Origin: Planctomycetota bacterium
GTDB taxonomy: Bacteria > Planctomycetota > UBA1135 > UBA2386
Reading direction: 5' to 3'
NCBI GenBank assembly: GCA_965228735.1
Contig: OZ245838.1
Span: forward strand, 480,001 to 544,000
DNA: 64,000 nucleotides
Below the pieces are notes generated by a model. That model saw only the letters and a program-made list of their open reading frames with translations, was not told the origin of the DNA and did not search any database. Below, in pieces: positions 10,230 through 21,119 of this stretch (position 1 is the first letter of the stretch; every line of letters starts with the position of its first letter). A program made the translations under genes and the position numbers.

Positions 10230-11450
10230 TCAACGAAGGGGCAGCGCTGCAGTCTGCACGCCCTTGCTGGTCCACGCGAAGACGAGCTCTTCGCCATGGC
10301 GTGCCATCTGCGGGAAGCCGTTTCCTCGAGCTGTGCCGCTGTCGGCGATCGTTGTCGCCGTTCCTACGGTTCCATCCGGCGCCACCTGCCGCAGTCGTAT
10401 CGCGCCGCCGCTGGCCGTTGTCGCCAACCAACAGACGAAGATCGAGCCGTTGTCGTGTAGCAGAACCTCGACGCGGCCGGCTGGATTGGAATCGTCGATC
10501 GTGATGGGTTCGCCGAATGTTGCGCCCGCGTCCTTCGACACCGCGAGGAGCACCCGTGGCTCTCCGCCAGCGGCGGTGAACCAGGCCACGGCGACGCGTC
10601 GTTCGACCGCGGCTACCGAAGGACCGTTGACCGGACACCCGTGAATCTTCCACCCGTCCTCGACAACCGGTCGAGGCTCGGTCCAACGACCGTCAACGCG
10701 CCGAACGATCGAGATGTCTCGAACCTCGTCGCCCGATCGATCGCGGTAGGCGACGATGGGGCCGTCCTTCGTCATGGCGGCTGAAGTCTGGCAGCACTCG
10801 CAGACGCGAGCGTCGAGGACGGCGGGGTTCTGCAGCGTGCCGTCACGGAGGACTTCGACGAACCGCAAGGTCATGTCTCCTCGGCCCGAATGCTGGTCAG
10901 CGGGCTTCATCTCACGTCCGTCGAGCCAGACTGCGGAGAGGACGTCGTCTGCGCCGGCGAACAGGGACACGAACCCGTGCTCTGCCTGAACACCGTCGCG
11001 ATGCGGCACCAAGCTCGGGGTCCAGGTAGCGCCACCGTCGAAAGACCGCGAGATCGAGACGTCGTAGTCGAACGTGCCCGATCCGCTCTTGACCAGCCAA
11101 TGGGCCGCCATCGTTCCGTCCGGCAGTGCGATCATCGACGGGAAGTCGGCCCAGTTCACGAACCAGTCCTTGTCCTCCTTGGCGATGATGCGCGGGGCGG
11201 ACCAGTCGTCGCCCTTGCGAACGGTGAATCTCAGGGAGTGTCGTTCCGAGCTGTGTTCGATCCAGCTCAGGAACAGGCGGCCGTCCGGTCCGGTCGTGAG
11301 GTTGGGCTGCCCACTCTGTGGGCCGGCGGGGGAGGGTAGCTCGCGCACCTGTGCGACGAGACCGGATGCGAGCAGTGCAGCGAGAAGCGCATGATGGAGA
11401 GCGCATCGGTGGGTTTGGTCGGTGAAGCGGGTTGTCAGCATCTGCGGCAA
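10230..11450 (-). CDS. Secreted BNR/Asp-box (sialidase-like) beta-propeller protein
   Basis: Asp boxes SFDGGATW and [23 protein letters not shown] and [11 protein letters not shown] motifs. Start uncertain. Confidence 0.8.
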   Translation of the reverse strand: MPQMLTTRFTDQTHRCALHHALLAALLASGLVAQVRELPSPAGPQSGQPNLTTGPDGRLFLSWIEHSSERHSLRFTVRKGDDWSAPRIIAKEDKDWFVNWADFPSMIALPDGTMAAHWLVKSGSGTFDYDVSISRSFDGGATWTPSLVPHRDGVQAEHGFVSLFAGADDVLSAVWLDGREMKPADQHSGRGDMTLRFVEVLRDGTLQNPAVLDARVCECCQTSAAMTKDGPIVAYRDRSGDEVRDISIVRRVDGRWTEPRPVVEDGWKIHGCPVNGPSVAAVERRVAVAWFTAAGGEPRVLLAVSKDAGATFGEPITIDDSNPAGRVEVLLHDNGSIFVCWLATTASGGAIRLRQVAPDGTVGTATTIADSGTARGNGFPQMARHGEELVFAWTSKGVQTAALPLR

Positions 11451-11706
11451 CTATCCCCGGGGGTTGCCCCTCGAGTGAGGGATTTCGACTGACGACTGAC
11501 CGTCGACCGTCCGGTGGCATCCCGATGGCGCGTCGGCGACTCGACGATGCCGTTCGCGGGCGAGCGGCGAGCCATCATCTCGCTACTCCGCGGCTCGCAG
11601 GAGGTTCGGTTGTCGTGATGACGCGACGGCAAGTCGCGCAACCCGGCCTCTCTGCCGCCGGTATGATCCTTGCTGAGAAGTCCGTCCAAGAACTCTAGGA
11701 GGCTCC

Positions 11707-13866
11707 ATGCACTGGTCCATCGGCGTTGTTGCTGCATCTTGGTTCGTCGTTTCCCTTGGTGCTCAGACCTGGAATCGCGCCGATGCCTTCCCGAGTGCAG
11801 GGTCGGGGATCATGACTCACGACCGCGACCGGGATCGCGTAGTGATGTTCGGGCACTACAACGGCGATGACGTCACCTGGGAGTGGACCGGCGCGACGTG
11901 GTCGCCCAATCACACCGCGACGTATCCGTCGGTGACCTTCCGTCACACGTTGGTCTACGACGACGCGCGCCGCCAGACGTGGTTGTTCGACTTCGGTTCG
12001 CGCGAGACTTGGGCCTACGACGGTCGGATGTGGTCCCAGGTGAACACGTCGATGGCGCCGTCGTATCGCGAGGCCCCGAGCATGGTGTTCGACCGTCAGC
12101 GCGACGTCGCAGTTCTGTTCGGCGGCCAGTTCGACCACCACACTGTGTTGAGCGACACTTGGGAATGGGATGGGACCTCGTGGACTCAGGCGCAACCGCC
12201 GGTGATCCCGGGTGCCCGCGCGGGTCACGCGATGACCTACGATCCGGTTGCCGGCGAAGTGTTGATGTTCGGCGGTAGCAACCTCCAAGGCGTGCTCGAC
12301 GACACCTGGGCCTGGGACGGGACGTTCTGGGTGCAGCAGCAGGCCTTCGTCAGGCCAGCCGCGCGTTGGGGGAGCGCGATGGCGTTCGACTCGGTCCGCC
12401 AACGGCCGCTGCTCTTCGGCGGCAGGAGCATCCAGACTTACGACGACACCTGGGAGTGGACCGGTAGCAACTGGCAACAGCTGCAGCCGGCGACGACGCC
12501 GCCGTGGGACTTCGGCGCTGCCCTGGTGGCTCACGACGGCACGAACAGTCTGTTATTGCACGGCGCGGCCGAGGGGCAGACCTGGCGCTGGGATGGCACG
12601 GATTGGTCCTTGGCCCAGGACTGGCCGGCTCCGGCATTGATGGAGTCCGCCGCCGCGGCCGACCGCGCTCGTGGCAAGATCGTGGTGTTCGGCGATGCGC
12701 GCGGCAACAGTACGTTCCCGGCGCCGGTGCCGACCGGCACGTGGGAGTGGGATGGCATCGAGTGGGAGCGCAAGCAGCCGGCGGTCGAGCCGCCCTCGCG
12801 CGGCTATGGCGCGATGGCGTCGGATCCGCTGCTCGGCAAGACGATTCTCTACGGCGGCCAGCAGCGGGTGAACTACCAGTGGCTGTTCGACACCTGGGAG
12901 TGGGACGGCAACCAGTGGACGCAGCGGTTCCCAACGACATCGCCGCAGGTGCGTTTGCGTTCGACGATGTACTTCGATGCCACGATCGGACGCGCTGTCC
13001 TCGCCACCGAGAACGTGGCCGGCCAGCCGACCGGGTTCTACGAGTGGACCTGGGACGGCAACGATTGGCAGCCGCTCACCTCGACGACCGCGCTCGGTCA
13101 GTTCCGCGCGGCCGGCTACGACGAAGCGCGAGGAGTCGCCGTCGCGGTCACCTCGAGCGGAACGTTCGAGCGGGTCGGCGGGCAGTGGCAACAATTGACG
13201 GGGGCGGGTCCGTTCTTCGGCGCGTTCGACGGTCGCGGTTTCGCCTACGATCCGGCGCGGCAGACGATGGTGGCGATCACCTACGCTACCAGCTTGGGTG
13301 CATACTCGGCCCCGGCCTGGGAGTGGGATGGCCTGTCCTGGTCGAGCCTGCCCTCGGCCCAGGGGCACGGCTACTATGCCGCGCGCCTGCTCGTCGAAGA
13401 CCCCACGCGTGGACAGCTCACCCTCATCGGCGGCAACATCCTCGCTACGCGATTCTGGAACCTCACCGATTCTCCGGCGTTCGGCGAGGCGTTCGGCGGC
13501 GCCTGCGGCGGATCTGCCGGTGAGGTCACGGTCACTGCGCGCGGGAAACCGCGCACCGGCAACGCGGCGTTCGGAGTCGACGTCGACCACGCACTCCCCG
13601 GGGCTCTCGTCCTGCTCGGCATCTCGATCGGTGAAGGCAACGCCCCGCTCGGCAACGGTTGCTCGTGGTACTTCGGCAGTCCGATCGCATCGCACGTGTT
13701 GTTCGCCAGTGCCTCCGGGTTCGCGGCGGTCGATCTTCCGATTCCTCAGAGCACGGCGTTTCGGGGCATCGTCCTGGCGTCGCAGGCGTTCGCCATCGAC
13801 CCGGCGGGTCCGCACCTGGGTGGTTTGGCGGCCAGTGCGGGGCTTCGTATTCGGATCGGCGACTGA
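11707..13866 (+). CDS. Secreted kelch-repeat protein
   Basis: Repeats of YD..R...LFGG...DTWEWDG..W; signal peptide; C-terminal FGGACGG...LPIP...Q domain. Confidence 0.85.
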   Translation: MHWSIGVVAASWFVVSLGAQTWNRADAFPSAGSGIMTHDRDRDRVVMFGHYNGDDVTWEWTGATWSPNHTATYPSVTFRHTLVYDDARRQTWLFDFGSRETWAYDGRMWSQVNTSMAPSYREAPSMVFDRQRDVAVLFGGQFDHHTVLSDTWEWDGTSWTQAQPPVIPGARAGHAMTYDPVAGEVLMFGGSNLQGVLDDTWAWDGTFWVQQQAFVRPAARWGSAMAFDSVRQRPLLFGGRSIQTYDDTWEWTGSNWQQLQPATTPPWDFGAALVAHDGTNSLLLHGAAEGQTWRWDGTDWSLAQDWPAPALMESAAAADRARGKIVVFGDARGNSTFPAPVPTGTWEWDGIEWERKQPAVEPPSRGYGAMASDPLLGKTILYGGQQRVNYQWLFDTWEWDGNQWTQRFPTTSPQVRLRSTMYFDATIGRAVLATENVAGQPTGFYEWTWDGNDWQPLTSTTALGQFRAAGYDEARGVAVAVTSSGTFERVGGQWQQLTGAGPFFGAFDGRGFAYDPARQTMVAITYATSLGAYSAPAWEWDGLSWSSLPSAQGHGYYAARLLVEDPTRGQLTLIGGNILATRFWNLTDSPAFGEAFGGACGGSAGEVTVTARGKPRTGNAAFGVDVDHALPGALVLLGISIGEGNAPLGNGCSWYFGSPIASHVLFASASGFAAVDLPIPQSTAFRGIVLASQAFAIDPAGPHLGGLAASAGLRIRIGD

Positions 13867-14012
13867 CCTGGGTTGCCGGAATCTAGCCGTCAGCAAACGG
13901 CCGGCAGTTGTCGGAGCCCGCGGATGTCAACAGTCGTTGCTGGCACTGGCGCGCCACGTCTACCAACTCGATGCGCGGGCGCCGTGCGGTACGTCCCGGG
14001 CCCGGTAGTCGC

Positions 14013-14312
14013 CTAGGACTTTTTCTTCGCGGTCTGCCCGGCCTCTTCAAGGCCGCTCAGAACTGTTTCGACGCTGGTCTTCGCCGGATCGAAGCTGACG
14101 ATGATGTCGGTCTTGCCGGCTTCCACCTTGGCGCCGGTGACGCCGGGCATGTCGGTCAGCAGGCCACGCACGGTGGCCGCACAACCGCCTCAAGATGGCG
14201 CCTTGGCCAGAACGAGTGCGACATCGACACCATTGGAAGCTTGCTGCATCGAGGTACAAGCGCCCAGGGCAAGGAGGAGCGAAGCTGCGCTCGTCAGGGA
14301 GGATCGTTTCAT
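14013..14312 (-). CDS. HMA-domain lipoprotein, putative selenoprotein (UxxC; Sec at codon 41)
   Basis: MKRSSLTSAASLLLALGAC...VLAKAPS-TGA(14190-14192)-GGCAATVRGLLTDMPGVTGAKVEAGKTDIIVSFDPAKTSVETVLSGLEEAGQTAKKKS-TAG. The HMA fold continues in frame, with a hairpin after the TGA. Confidence 0.8.
14162..14178 (-). promoter_or_regulatory. Putative bacterial SECIS hairpin
   Basis: GGCCAC-CGUGC-GUGGCC stem begins 11 nt after the UGA; GU near the 5' side of the loop. Confidence 0.6.
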
Positions 14313-14382
14313 TGTTCTTCGAGTTGGGGTGAGGCTGGAGGAATCTAGCGCGCAGCTGACGAGAGGGAAGGCCCTCGGCGCC

Positions 14383-14634
14383 TCACTTCCGTAGCTTGGC
14401 GAGAAAGCGTTCCTTGTCGTCCTCGAACTCCGCGACGCACGGGCGGCAGCAGAACTTGACTTCCTGGTCGCCGTAGACCTTGACGACCGGATCGCCCATC
14501 GATCCGAGCTTGTTGTCGGTGACGATGCAGACGTCGGAAGGGTAGGGTCGAACATTGGCGTGGATCGCTGCGCAGGAGGCGAACAGCGCGGCGAATGCAG
14601 TAATGGCGAGCGCGCGGATTCGGTTGGTCTTCAT
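14383..14634 (-). CDS. YHS/TRASH-like metal-binding lipoprotein
   Basis: Lipobox FASC; YPSDVCIVTDNKLGSMGDP...YGDQEVKFCCRPC. Confidence 0.8.
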   Translation of the reverse strand: MKTNRIRALAITAFAALFASCAAIHANVRPYPSDVCIVTDNKLGSMGDPVVKVYGDQEVKFCCRPCVAEFEDDKERFLAKLRK

Positions 14635-17536
14635 GTGGCGGATTAGAAGCGGAAGACCATTCCGAGGCCATAGCCGTGGTCCGAGTGGTACGATGTCGAC
14701 AGTCCGAGGCGCTGGCTGAGGGCCCAGCCGGAGCCGATCGACCACTCACCGTACGTATTGGTATCGTATTCGAAGGAGCCGAACAGAGACCAGCGGCTGG
14801 TGAGCTGAAGCTCCTTCTCGAGTGCGAGCCGGAAGTCGCCCCGGGAGTCGACGCTCAGATTCGACATCACGAAGTAGGGCAGTCGGTATCTCACGCCGGC
14901 AAAGGCGCGGCTGGTGGTGCCGGCCGTGTCGGCGTAGCGAAATCCCAGTTCGGTGGCGAGGTCTGGGTCGATGTAGCGAGACCAGCCCAGGTCGACTTCG
15001 ACGTCGCGCTCGCCGTGCTCGTGGCCGCCGAACGCGGTCGACAAGCCGATGTCCCAGCGGGCGAAGTAGTCGTTGCGCCCCTTCATCACCATCAGGCGAC
15101 CGGAGGTCATGTGGTTCTGCACGGTGGCATCGAGCAGCAAGTACGCTGGATCGAGCAGTTTGGGATCGATCTTCGGTTCGTGCTCGGGGTCCTGCGAGTA
15201 GCTGAAGACGCGCGCCATTCCGGCGTCCATGTGGTACAGCAGGTGGCAGTGGAAGAACCAGTCGCCGCCTTCTTCGTCGGCGATCCACTCGATTACGCGT
15301 TTGCCCATCGGCGGCACGTCGACGGTGTGCTTGAGGGGCGCCCTGGCGCCTTGGCCGTTGAGCAGGCGGAAGAAGTGCCCGTGCAGGTGTAGCGGGTGGT
15401 GCATCATGGTGTCGTTGATGAGCTCGATCCGTAGCACTTCCCCTCTTTTGACGCGGATGGTGGTCTCCTCACTCAGCGTCTTGTCGTCGAACGACCAGAG
15501 GTAACGCTGCATGTCGCCAGTGAGGCGCATCGTCAGCAGGCGCACCTCGGCTTCGTCCGCCGTGATGGTCGTATCCCGGGTTGCGCGCAGAAGGCCGTAT
15601 GGCGCGAATGGTTGGTCCGATGTCGCGGCTTCTTGAGCGCGCTTCGGCATCAAGGTGGCGAGCCCGGCCTGCAGCATCTCGTCCATCGAGTAGAGTTCCG
15701 CCCTCGGCGGATCCGTGGCGGCTCGCAATGGACCGTCGCCGAGCAGGATCGACGCGTGGCCGCTGCCGTCCTGGGCGGTCGCACGAACTTCGACCGTTGC
15801 GGCTTCGGCCGGCATCGTGACGATGACGTCGTAGGTCTCCGCCATCCCGACCAGGAGTCGTCGCACGTCGGCTGGCTCGACCCGCTGCCCGTCGGCGCCG
15901 ACGATCGTGAGGTCTCCCCCGGCCGCGGCCAGGAAGAAGTACGTCGACGCACCCGCATTGATAAATCGCATCAATACGCGTTCCCCGGGCGCGGCGTCGA
16001 GTGGCAGCCGGCGCTGGCCGTTGGCGAGGAAGGCGTCGTAGCCGACGTCGGACAGATCCATCGCCGGCATGCGGTCGCCTTCGCGCCGGATGTAGTCGCC
16101 GAGCGCGCCTCGTTGGTAGGCGCCCCACAGTGACTGTTGCACGCCCTTCTTGATCGAGTACCACTCGCTACCGCGCATCAGCCAGCGCATCACGGTGGCA
16201 GGATCCTCGTCCGTCCAGTCGCCGAGCACGACGACGTGTTCGCGATCGAACTCGATGTCCGGCGTGCGCGGCTCGATGACGATTGCACCCTGGACGCCGC
16301 GCTGCTCCTGCAGCCCGGTGTGCGAGTGGTACCAATAGGTTCCCGATTGCCGGAGCGTGAACTCGAACGGGTGCTCGCCGCCCGGCGGGATCGGCGGTGT
16401 GGTCAAGTATGGGACACCGTCCATTTCGTTGGGCAAGAGTAGACCGTGCCAGTGGATGGAGGTTTCCTCGGTTGCGAGCCGGTTCTTGACAGTGATGCGG
16501 GCGGTGTCGCCTTCGCGAAAGCGCAGGACTGGACCTGGCGAAGTGCCGTTCACGACGAGAACGGGGACGACGTTGCCCGCCGGTGCGCCTTCGACCTCGC
16601 TTATCACCAACTCGTATTCGACTGTCTTGCTGCCCGTCGATTGAGCATCGGTCGTCGGGGGAGTGTGCGATGAACGGTGTATTCGCGTGACGGCTGGTGG
16701 GATCCTCTGACCCATAGGGAGCCCACCGATGACCCCGAAGAAGAATGACCGCCACCGAATCCCGGACGAGCTGATCGACCAGCTCCTCGCCAACTACGAG
16801 AAGCCAGAAGACCTGACAGGAAAGGACGGCATCCTCAAGGAGCTGACGGCCCGGCTGCTCGGCCGCGCCCTCGAAGGCGAGATGACCGAGCACCTCGGCT
16901 ACGAGAAGCACGCGCCGCGTGCCGAGGGCACGACCAACGCGCGCAACGGATCACGCAGCAAGACGATCAAGGTCGAGGACGGCGAGCTCGAGATCGAGGT
17001 GCCGCGCGATCGCGACAGCACGTTCGAGCCCGAGATCGTCAAGAAGCGCCAGAGACGCTTCGCGGGCTTCGACGAGAAGATCCTGGCGCTCTACGCCCGC
17101 GGCATGACCGTCCGGGACATCCAGGGCCACCTGGAGGAGCTGTACGGCGTCGAGGTTTCGCCGTCGCTGATCTCGAGCGCCACGTCGGCGGTCCACGAAG
17201 ACGTCCTGGCCTGGCAGAGCCGGCCGCTCGAGCCAGTTTACCCGATCGTCTTCCTCGACGCGCTCGTCGTGAAGGTGCGCGATGAAAGCGTCGTCCGCAA
17301 CAAGTCGGTCGACCTGGCGATCGGCGTCACGCTCGACGGCCGTCGCGAAGTCCTCGGGATCTGGATCGAGCAGACGGAGGGCGCCAAGTTCTGGCTGAAG
17401 GTCATGAACGAGCTGAAGACGCGCGGCGTCCAGGACATCCTGATTGCGTGCTGCGATGGCCTGAAGGGCTTCCCAGACGCGATCGAGCACGTGTTCCCGC
17501 AGGCCACCGTGCAGACCTGCATCGTGCACATGATCC

Positions 17537-18961
17537 GGCAAAGCAACATTCGTTCTGTAAGAGCGAGCCCATAGTCGGCGAATCATTTCACTCAGCGTCC
17601 ATGGAGAGATAGCGACGGCCAGTCACCCAGTCCTCGCTGATCTCCATGAGGACCGCGGTGGCGAGCCGGAGAAGAGAGGCGTCGTTGGGGAAGAGCGTCG
17701 CAACGCGGGTGCGGCGCAGGAGCTCCTTGTTGAGGCGCTCGAGCATGTTGGTCGTGCGAAGGCAGCGACGGTGCGTCGCCGGGATCGCGAAGACAGCGAA
17801 GCCGTCGGGGACGTTGTCGCGAGCCCACCGGACAAAGTCGGGAGCGGTTTCCGCGTGATCCTCCAGAAGCCTATCAAGAAGCCGTTCGGCCTCAGGTCGG
17901 TCTGGAGCGTTGAAGACCGCACGAAGTCCACGAGCGATCGACGGGCGCAACGAGACGGTCGGCACTCGTGGAGCGGCGTTGCGTTGCAGGTGGAACTGGC
18001 AGCGTTGCCAAGCGACTCCGGGAAAGCTCGCCGCCAAAGCTTGGCGGAGGCCAGAGTGGTCGTCACTGACGATGAGTCCGAGCCCGTGCAGGCCACGTTC
18101 ACGCAGGCTGTCGAGGAAGTCGCGCCAGTGGACCTCGGCTTCCGAGCGCGACACGCTGACGCCGAGGACCGAGCGATGGCCTGCATCATCGACGCCCGTC
18201 GCGATCAGGACGGCGGCGCTCATGACGGAGCCGGCGTGCCGGACCTTTTCGTAGCGGGCATCGAGGACCAGGTAGCGGCACCGGCCGAGCTCGCGCATCC
18301 GCCACTGCTGCAGCTCGTCGTCGAGTGCCGCGGCGGCCCGGGAGACCTGCTGGGACGACACCTGTACTCCGCAGAGCTCCTCGGTGATCGCGGCGACCTT
18401 GCGGGTCGAGACGCCCTGGACGTACATCTCGGCGACCGCGAGCTTCAGGGCGCGCTCCGAGCGAATCCCGCGTTCGAGTGCCGTCGGATAGAAGCGTTCG
18501 CCGTCGACGGCCTCGCGGACCTGCGGGACGGCGAACTCGATCGCGCCGACGCGAGTCGCCACGGTCTTCGGCTTGAAGCCGTTGGCGTAGCCCCGTCGTG
18601 ACTCGGTACGCTCGTTTGGACCGGCGCCCAGGAACGCGGATCGCTCGATCTTCATGGCCTCGTTCACGAGGACGCGGATCGCGTCCGCGATCCCTCCCAG
18701 ACCCTGCGTTGCGATGGATTCCAAGACGGTGTCGAGCGTGCTACTTTCGGATTGGTGGGTCACTTCGTTCTGCTTTCGTTGTGGTTAACAAAAGCTGAGC
18801 GTCGTGACTCGCCGACTTGAAGCATCCGTCCGCGCCGGCGGTGGTCGTCGCGGTCGGCCTGGCCACTGCACCCAGGGTGCAGCGCCCAGACCGACCGCGA
18901 CGACCACCGCCGACTGCGTCAAGCTGCCTCGGGCGGTTTACAGAACGCATGCTGCACTACC
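17537..18961 (-). mobile_element. IS256-family element (inner, nested)
   Basis: IRs GGCAAAGCAACATTCGTTCTGTAA / GGTAGTGCAGCATGCGTTCTGTAA. Target duplication CATGATCC at 17529-17536 and 18962-18969. Confidence 0.92.
17588..18763 (-). CDS. IS256-family transposase (intact)
   Basis: EMYVQGVSTRKV, LDARYEKVR, SDDHSGL, WQRCQFH, RTTNMLERLNKE. Confidence 0.95.
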   Translation of the reverse strand: MTHQSESSTLDTVLESIATQGLGGIADAIRVLVNEAMKIERSAFLGAGPNERTESRRGYANGFKPKTVATRVGAIEFAVPQVREAVDGERFYPTALERGIRSERALKLAVAEMYVQGVSTRKVAAITEELCGVQVSSQQVSRAAAALDDELQQWRMRELGRCRYLVLDARYEKVRHAGSVMSAAVLIATGVDDAGHRSVLGVSVSRSEAEVHWRDFLDSLRERGLHGLGLIVSDDHSGLRQALAASFPGVAWQRCQFHLQRNAAPRVPTVSLRPSIARGLRAVFNAPDRPEAERLLDRLLEDHAETAPDFVRWARDNVPDGFAVFAIPATHRRCLRTTNMLERLNKELLRRTRVATLFPNDASLLRLATAVLMEISEDWVTGRRYLSMDAE

Positions 18962-19810
18962 CATGATCCGGAACTCGCTGCGCTTCGTCAGCTACAAGGA
19001 TCGCAAGGCCGTCGCCAAGGACCTCAAACCGATCTACACGGCCGCCAACCGTGAGGCCGCCGAGGCAGCGCTCGACGCCTTCGACAAGAAGTGGGGCCGC
19101 CGCTACGAGATGATCACCTCGTCCTGGCGAGCGAACTGGGAGCGCGTCGTGCCGTTCCTCGACTTCCCGCCCGAGGTCCGGCGCGTGATCTACACGACCA
19201 ACCAGATCGAGGCGCTCAACTCGAGCCTGCGCAAGCTGCTGCAGTACCGCGGCCACTTCCCGGACGACAAGTCCGTCACCAAGCTGCTCTACCTCGCGCT
19301 GCGTCGCTTCGAGAAGAAGTGGACGCGTGCGCTCTGGAATTGGAGCGCCGTCCTCGGGCAGCTCGCTATCTTCTTTCAAGGCAGGATTCCTGCCCTGTAA
19401 CCGTGACCTCACTCCGCCAGCTGGTCGCCGATTACACCGTTAGCTGCACACTCCCGTCGTCGGGGCCAACAAGAGAAGCGACAGGATCGCCAGCAGACTT
19501 CGAAGTGCAACGTTGCCCATGTGGTTGTGTGTGCGCCGTCATGGATCGTGGCGGCGCGCGGAGATTCTGCGCCGCGATCGCACCCGCGTCCAGACAACAC
19601 GCCCCGGGACGGTCGCTCGCCTTCCTTCGGTGGCCGGGTCGCATCGGCCGTGACCTACATCCGGCGCCATGACATCGTCGCCATCGAGAGCCGATCCGGA
19701 ACGCCTCCTCGTTCCGAAGGATCGGACTCGCCACGCAGGATGTCTCGGACCCGGCTATGATCGTTGTCGGGAGGGCCCTGCCATCCCCCCGCTCCTGATC
19801 GAGGCCCGAC

Positions 19811-20227
19811 ATGAAAACCGCAGCTCTCGTCTCCGTCCTCTTCGCCGCAACCGCGCCGGCGCAACACTGGTCGCTGCACCATCACGGCCACTCGTGCGGC
19901 GCCGCAGTCTCGGCGCAGCTCGTGCAGCATGCGCATCAGGTCAGCGTGCAGTTCAACTTGCACACGACTCCGAACTCCCTGGCTGTGCTCGCGATCGGCC
20001 ACGCCGCGCCGGCGCCGATTCCGCTGCCGGGCGGGTCGTGCCACTTCGGCGTCTCGCCCGCCGGCACGATGCTCGGCATCACGGATTCGCACGGCAACAT
20101 CCACTTCGGCTTCCATGCCCCGCACGTCGCGCCGGTGAGCGTGCTGTTCCAGGGCGGTGTCGTTCGGCTCGGACCACACGGCCTGACTGCGGGATCGAGC
20201 AACGTCATCGAACTCGTCGGCACGTGA
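19811..20227 (+). CDS. Secreted histidine-rich protein
   Basis: Signal peptide ending APA|Q; 15 His in 138 aa; GAGG upstream. Confidence 0.7.
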   Translation: MKTAALVSVLFAATAPAQHWSLHHHGHSCGAAVSAQLVQHAHQVSVQFNLHTTPNSLAVLAIGHAAPAPIPLPGGSCHFGVSPAGTMLGITDSHGNIHFGFHAPHVAPVSVLFQGGVVRLGPHGLTAGSSNVIELVGT

Positions 20228-21111
20228 TCCCCGGCGCCGGGCGGCGCTGGCCGCTTCTGTTACTTGTCGTTGCCTTGATCGTGTCCGCCGGCTCGGCACA
20301 GATCTTCACGGCTGACGCCGGGGTTCGGTCGCCGGAGCTGCCGTCGGTGAGGGAACTCGTCGTCATGCGCGGCTATCGGGATGCCACGGAACTGCGTGCC
20401 GTCTCCGAACTGACCTGGAGCCCGAGCACGCGGTTCGAGACCAAGCTCGAAGTACCCTTCGTCGGGCGTGACCTCGAGATCCCGGCCGCGTCCGGCGCCG
20501 GCTTCGACGGCAGCTACTTCGCCCTCGGGGACACCGTCCTGCGCGGCAAGCTGGCGTTGCTTCGCGATGACGACGTGATGCGTTCCAACCGGGTCGCACT
20601 GCTGGCGGCGGTCTACGCGCCGACCGGCGAACACGATCGAACCCTGGGCGGAGTGCGGCTCCCGCGCCGGGTGCAGGCGGGACTTGGCGGGGTTGCGGGG
20701 AGCCTGGGCGTGGCCGGCACGATCGTCCGCGATCGGCACCGCGCTTCGCTGTCGGCCGAGTGGTTGCACGGCGCCGCCCACGACGGGTTCGAACCCGGGG
20801 ATGAACTCGCGGTCGACGCGGCGTGGTGGTATCGACTGTCACCCGGCGTGTTCGACCCGGCCTTGCCAGCTACCGAGTATCGCCTCGTCACCGAACTGCG
20901 CAGCGTGCACCGATTCGCGGACCACGAGGGCGGAGTGCGGGCCCCTGACGATGGGCTGCGCAGTGAGATGGTTCTCGGGCTGCAGGCCAACACGTCGAAT
21001 CAGCGTTTGCGTTTCGAGATCGGTGCCGTCGTTCCTGTCTTCGAAGACACCCCGGGCCCCCTCGGCCGGTTCCGTGCTGGTGGGGTTGTGGCGCTCACAC
21101 TCTACTTCTGA
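20224..21111 (+). CDS. Putative outer-membrane beta-barrel transporter (MetA/SphA-like)
   Basis: GTGA overlap with the upstream gene; signal peptide; LGDTVLRGK, APTG, VQAGLG; C-terminal LTLYF. Confidence 0.65.
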   Translation: MIPGAGRRWPLLLLVVALIVSAGSAQIFTADAGVRSPELPSVRELVVMRGYRDATELRAVSELTWSPSTRFETKLEVPFVGRDLEIPAASGAGFDGSYFALGDTVLRGKLALLRDDDVMRSNRVALLAAVYAPTGEHDRTLGGVRLPRRVQAGLGGVAGSLGVAGTIVRDRHRASLSAEWLHGAAHDGFEPGDELAVDAAWWYRLSPGVFDPALPATEYRLVTELRSVHRFADHEGGVRAPDDGLRSEMVLGLQANTSNQRLRFEIGAVVPVFEDTPGPLGRFRAGGVVALTLYF

Positions 21112-21119
21112 CCACGACC

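Larger units (their letters stand above)
16729..19400 (+). pseudogene. IS256 transposase split by nested IS
   Basis: RNG, VPRDR, FLDAL, DGLKGF, QTCIVH|MIRNSLR joins across the inner IS; IYTTNQIE follows. Confidence 0.9.
16659..19455 (+). mobile_element. IS256-family element (outer)
   Basis: Imperfect IRs GGGAGTGTGC....AACGGTGTA. 8-bp target duplication GTCGTCGG at 16651-16658 and 19456-19463. Confidence 0.92.
14643..19520 (-). pseudogene. Multicopper oxidase (CopA/PcoA-like, with C-terminal barrel-like domain) interrupted in its signal peptide by IS256
   Basis: HWHG, YWYHSH, HPLHLHGH and HCHLLYHM motifs in 14643-16658. Removing the IS and one target copy restores MGNVALRSLLAILSLLLLAPTTDAQSTGSKTVEY from ATG 19520. 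Confidence 0.88.

Noticed and set aside
16659..16793. ORF-track N-terminus of the 14643-16793 oxidase
   Set aside because: It is IS256 sequence; the real start is at 19520.
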